Below are positions 60,884 to 64,000 of a stretch of DNA of 64,000 nucleotides, in pieces (the first letter of the stretch is position 1; each line of letters begins with the position of its first letter). The stretch spans positions 170,554 to 234,553 of the forward strand of contig JBEKDF010000001.1 of NCBI GenBank assembly GCA_050014495.1, read 5' to 3'. Both the position numbers and the translations under genes were made by a program. Under the pieces are notes generated by a model, which worked only from the letters and a program-made list of their open reading frames with translations, was not told the DNA's origin and did not search any database. The DNA is from Candidatus Bathyarchaeia archaeon. GTDB lineage: Archaea > Thermoproteota > Bathyarchaeia > TCS64.

Positions 60884-62983
60884 TTAGTAGCCTGGGAAGC
60901 GGCCCCTCTTCTCGAGCTCGAGTAGGGCGGTCCATTCGGTCTGGGCGTCATTCTGCAGTATCTCAAGCTGCCCATCCGACAGGTGGCGGAACCTTCCTTG
61001 TGGCTTCAGGTATTCCGCGATAGGGCGGAGTTCCTTGGGCTTGATGTTGAGTTTGAAGTTCCCCTCGTCGATCTCCATCAGAGGCCATGCGCCCGTCTGG
61101 ACAGCTAGTTTCCCAATCTCCACCGTCTTGTTCTCGGGGAAGTACCAGCCAGTTGGGCATGGCTGTTGGATATGTAGGAAGGCGAGGCCCTTGCCCGCCC
61201 GCGTCACCCCGACGGCCTTCTTTATCTTATTCTCGAGGTCGGGGAGGTAGCTCAAGCTCGCGGTTGCTATGTAGGGTATCCTGTGAGCGGCCATTATCAT
61301 CTCGAGGTTCTTGCGCCTAACTTGTTTGCCGTGGATGACTTTACCTGCGGGCGTCGTTGTAGTGGCGCTGAAGAGGGGGGTTGTGCCGCTGCGCTGTATG
61401 CCCGTGTTCATGTAGGCCTCATTGTCGTAGCAGAGCCAAAGTATCGACTCGCCGCGCTCCGCGGCACCCGAGAGGCTCTGCAGGCCAATGTCGCTCGTAC
61501 CTCCGTCGCCAGCGAAGCTCGTTATGTAGACCTTGTCGGCCTTGCCCTTCTTCTTCATGGCGCGGTAGACGCCTGTCTCGTAGGCGGCGGCTGCGGCGAA
61601 GTTGGCGAGCATCCATGGCACGCGGACCACCTGACCGTAGTTGACTCCACTGCAGTTTGGTGGGTTGATGACGATGGTGTTCGGGCCCAGTATCTTGAGG
61701 AGGTGCCTCACGATTATGCTCGCGCCACAGCCGGCGCAGCCGTCGCTACCGGGGTAGATGGGCTCATCCCAGTCGATGGAGACCGGCTTGCCCATCGGGG
61801 GCATCTCGTGCTCGATGAACTCGACCTCCTTCTCAACCTTCTTCGCCCTAGCGACTGCTAGGACCTTCTTACCCATCAGGTACATGTCGTCGATGGGTAT
61901 GTCCTCGCCTCCCATGCCTGTGACGAAGCCCTGGATGGGTATCTTTATACCGCTGTTGTAGAGGGCTCCCTTGACGTCCTGGAATGCGCCTCCACCTCGT
62001 GTTCCATGTAGCATCATGCGGTCGACTACTCCTATCGCCTTGACCTTGCTGGCGATCTCTCTTATCTCGACGTCGGGGAATGGGCGCATGAAGCGAAGCT
62101 TCACGAGACCGATCTTCTCTCCCTCAGCACGGAGCTTGTCTATCGCACGGCGCCCGGCAGTCGTCATGCTGCCCATGGTAACGAGGAGCGCCTCCGCGCC
62201 CTCGGTCTTGTACTCCTCGACGAGTCCGCCATAGTGGCGACCGAAGGTTTTATCGAAACTCGCGTCAACCTCCTTGATGACCGTCCTACTATCCTGTAGT
62301 ATCTCCTCGTAGATGCGCCTCAGAGGGGTGTGCATCACACTGGGGATGCTCGCGGTGGGGAACTTGTCATTGATCGTCGGATCGATCGGGTACGGTGCCT
62401 TGTAGGGTGGGAGCCATTTGTCTACGACTTCTTGGTCTGGCATCCAGACTCTCTCCTGGCTGTAGCTGAGGAAGAATCCGTCGAGGCTCATCATCGTCGG
62501 GAGGAGCACGCGGTAGTCCTCCGCGATCTTGTAGAGCTGGAGAGTCATGTCGAGGACCTCCTGGTTGCTCTCGGCGAAGTTGACTAGGTAGCCTAGGTTG
62601 AGCTCGGGCATGATGTCGCTATAGTCGGGGCCGAGGCTCCAGTACCATCCGAGAGTCCTGTCAGCGACTCCGAGTAGGAGGGGTGTGCGGTAGTTTACTG
62701 CCTGGGCGACACACTCGTGCATGTAGGCGAGGCCCTGACTGCATGTGGATGTGAAGACACGCGCACCGGCAAGGGCTGCGCCAACGGCCATCGCCATACA
62801 GCTGTGTTCACCGTCAGCGTGTATGTACTCGGCGTCAAGCTCACCGTTGGCGACGAACTCGGCGAGATATTCAATAATCGTCGTCTGGGGTGTGATGGGG
62901 TAGGCGGGTATCACCTCAACCCTAGCGAGCTTCACCCCGTAGGCTAGTGCTTTGTTGCCCTGGATAACGTCAAAGTCTACCAT
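60884..62983 (-). CDS. 2-oxoacid:ferredoxin oxidoreductase, fused alpha-beta subunit
   Basis: N-terminal YPITP/EH alpha domain. C-terminal CAGCG, GDGG..DNEAYMNTG.Q.S and QPCP beta domain, all in one frame. Confidence 0.9.
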   Translation of the reverse strand: MVDFDVIQGNKALAYGVKLARVEVIPAYPITPQTTIIEYLAEFVANGELDAEYIHADGEHSCMAMAVGAALAGARVFTSTCSQGLAYMHECVAQAVNYRTPLLLGVADRTLGWYWSLGPDYSDIMPELNLGYLVNFAESNQEVLDMTLQLYKIAEDYRVLLPTMMSLDGFFLSYSQERVWMPDQEVVDKWLPPYKAPYPIDPTINDKFPTASIPSVMHTPLRRIYEEILQDSRTVIKEVDASFDKTFGRHYGGLVEEYKTEGAEALLVTMGSMTTAGRRAIDKLRAEGEKIGLVKLRFMRPFPDVEIREIASKVKAIGVVDRMMLHGTRGGGAFQDVKGALYNSGIKIPIQGFVTGMGGEDIPIDDMYLMGKKVLAVARAKKVEKEVEFIEHEMPPMGKPVSIDWDEPIYPGSDGCAGCGASIIVRHLLKILGPNTIVINPPNCSGVNYGQVVRVPWMLANFAAAAAYETGVYRAMKKKGKADKVYITSFAGDGGTSDIGLQSLSGAAERGESILWLCYDNEAYMNTGIQRSGTTPLFSATTTTPAGKVIHGKQVRRKNLEMIMAAHRIPYIATASLSYLPDLENKIKKAVGVTRAGKGLAFLHIQQPCPTGWYFPENKTVEIGKLAVQTGAWPLMEIDEGNFKLNIKPKELRPIAEYLKPQGRFRHLSDGQLEILQNDAQTEWTALLELEKRGRFPGY

Positions 62984-63261
62984 TACTTATTTGCCTCCGT
63001 CTTCATCTCAATCGCCTTCTGGGGGCATTCATTGGCGCAGACGCCGCAGCCCTTGCAGAAACGCATGTCGATCTTTGGCTTCACCTTCGGCTTGCCGGCG
63101 ATGGCTGCCTCGGGGCAGATCGTGGCGCATAGGCCGCAGGCAACGCATTTCGCCTCGTCGATGACGGGCATCATCACGCGCCAGTTGCCGACGTATTGTC
63201 CTCCCCTTGTGGATGTGTCCATTAGGACGAATCCCTTGGTTACACTCTTGTCCTGGCTCAC
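62983..63261 (-). CDS. porD: 2-oxoacid:ferredoxin oxidoreductase delta subunit
   Basis: GNWR..P and two CxxCxxCxxxCP motifs. Confidence 0.9.
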   Translation of the reverse strand: MSQDKSVTKGFVLMDTSTRGGQYVGNWRVMMPVIDEAKCVACGLCATICPEAAIAGKPKVKPKIDMRFCKGCGVCANECPQKAIEMKTEANK

Positions 63262-63818
63262 AGCGTCTTCACCTCAACCGTGTCGTACCCCAACTTCACC
63301 GCCCCCTTGTTCGTGGAGGCGAGCTTGGCGGGGAACCTCTTGTCGATGGCCTTGTCAATAGACCACAGTTTGAGAAGTCCGGTCGCTTTGGCGAAGGCTC
63401 CAAGCATGACAGTGTTAGGGATCGGTCGTCCTATGACTCGTAAGGCGATACCCGTCGCATCGACTACAGCGATCTTCCCTAGCTTCGCCTTGAACAGCTT
63501 CGTAGCTTCATCAGCATTCTTAGTGGTGTTGTAAACAACGACACCCCCGGGCATAAGACCCGTAGTGACATCCATGATCTCCGGCATCGGCGAGTCAAGC
63601 ACTATCAGGTACTTGGGGTAATAGATCATGGATCGGGTTGCCTCCGACTCGTCCCCTATCTGAGCGAAGGCTAGGACCGGCGCACCTCGCCTAGCGGACC
63701 CGTACATTGGAAAGGCACGGCAGAACTTACCCTCATAGGAGGCAGCTATCGCAATGAGCTCACCGGCAGCGACGACACCCTGGCCGCCCTGACCGTGTAG
63801 CCTAATCTCCTCTACCAT
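63258..63818 (-). CDS. porG: 2-oxoacid:ferredoxin oxidoreductase gamma subunit
   Basis: EIRLHGQGGQG, FP.YG..RRGAP, PNT.MLGA. Confidence 0.9.
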   Translation of the reverse strand: MVEEIRLHGQGGQGVVAAGELIAIAASYEGKFCRAFPMYGSARRGAPVLAFAQIGDESEATRSMIYYPKYLIVLDSPMPEIMDVTTGLMPGGVVVYNTTKNADEATKLFKAKLGKIAVVDATGIALRVIGRPIPNTVMLGAFAKATGLLKLWSIDKAIDKRFPAKLASTNKGAVKLGYDTVEVKTL

Positions 63819-64000
63819 GGTTACAACCTCAATAACAAACAGGGGTCGAGGCGCGCGCGCGCGGCGAGGCTAAACTTCTCTGCCTTGACCATCCTCGACT
63901 CCTTGAGACTTCGATTAAATGGGTTATAAGGTTTCTCAGAGTCCGAAAATACAATAAGAGAATTTTGATTAACCTGGTTTTTGCTCCCCCTCGGGTAGGT

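Overview
64-kb gene-dense archaeal chromosomal segment. TFB, tandem thermosome genes, AglB, FBP aldolase/phosphatase and several tungsten oxidoreductases fit an anaerobic heterotrophic archaeon, plausibly Bathyarchaeia (inference). Housekeeping content: the archaeal modified mevalonate genes (UbiD-type decarboxylase plus AcnX subunits), tmk, serS, tRNA-Ser(GGA), thsA/thsB with an ArsR-type regulator, tfb, fbp and folC. Metabolic clusters: a cysteine synthase-SerK pair; an frlB/frlD Amadori-product island; an array of three WOR5-like tungsten oxidoreductases with two Fe-S subunits, a MoaD-like protein and a FOR; acdA; and a 2-oxoacid oxidoreductase with fused alpha-beta subunits. Non-coding signals read directly from the sequence: CG-rich alternating purine-pyrimidine tracts recurring just behind poly-T terminators, a palindromic GGTTGTAAACC motif shared by the thermosome and ArsR promoters, and a structured tfb leader. 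Several frameshifted or relic genes and a probable mobile-element remnant (about 34.4-35.5 kb) are present. No CRISPR array, rRNA or intact transposase/integrase was seen. All family calls come from motif recognition by eye, without database searches.
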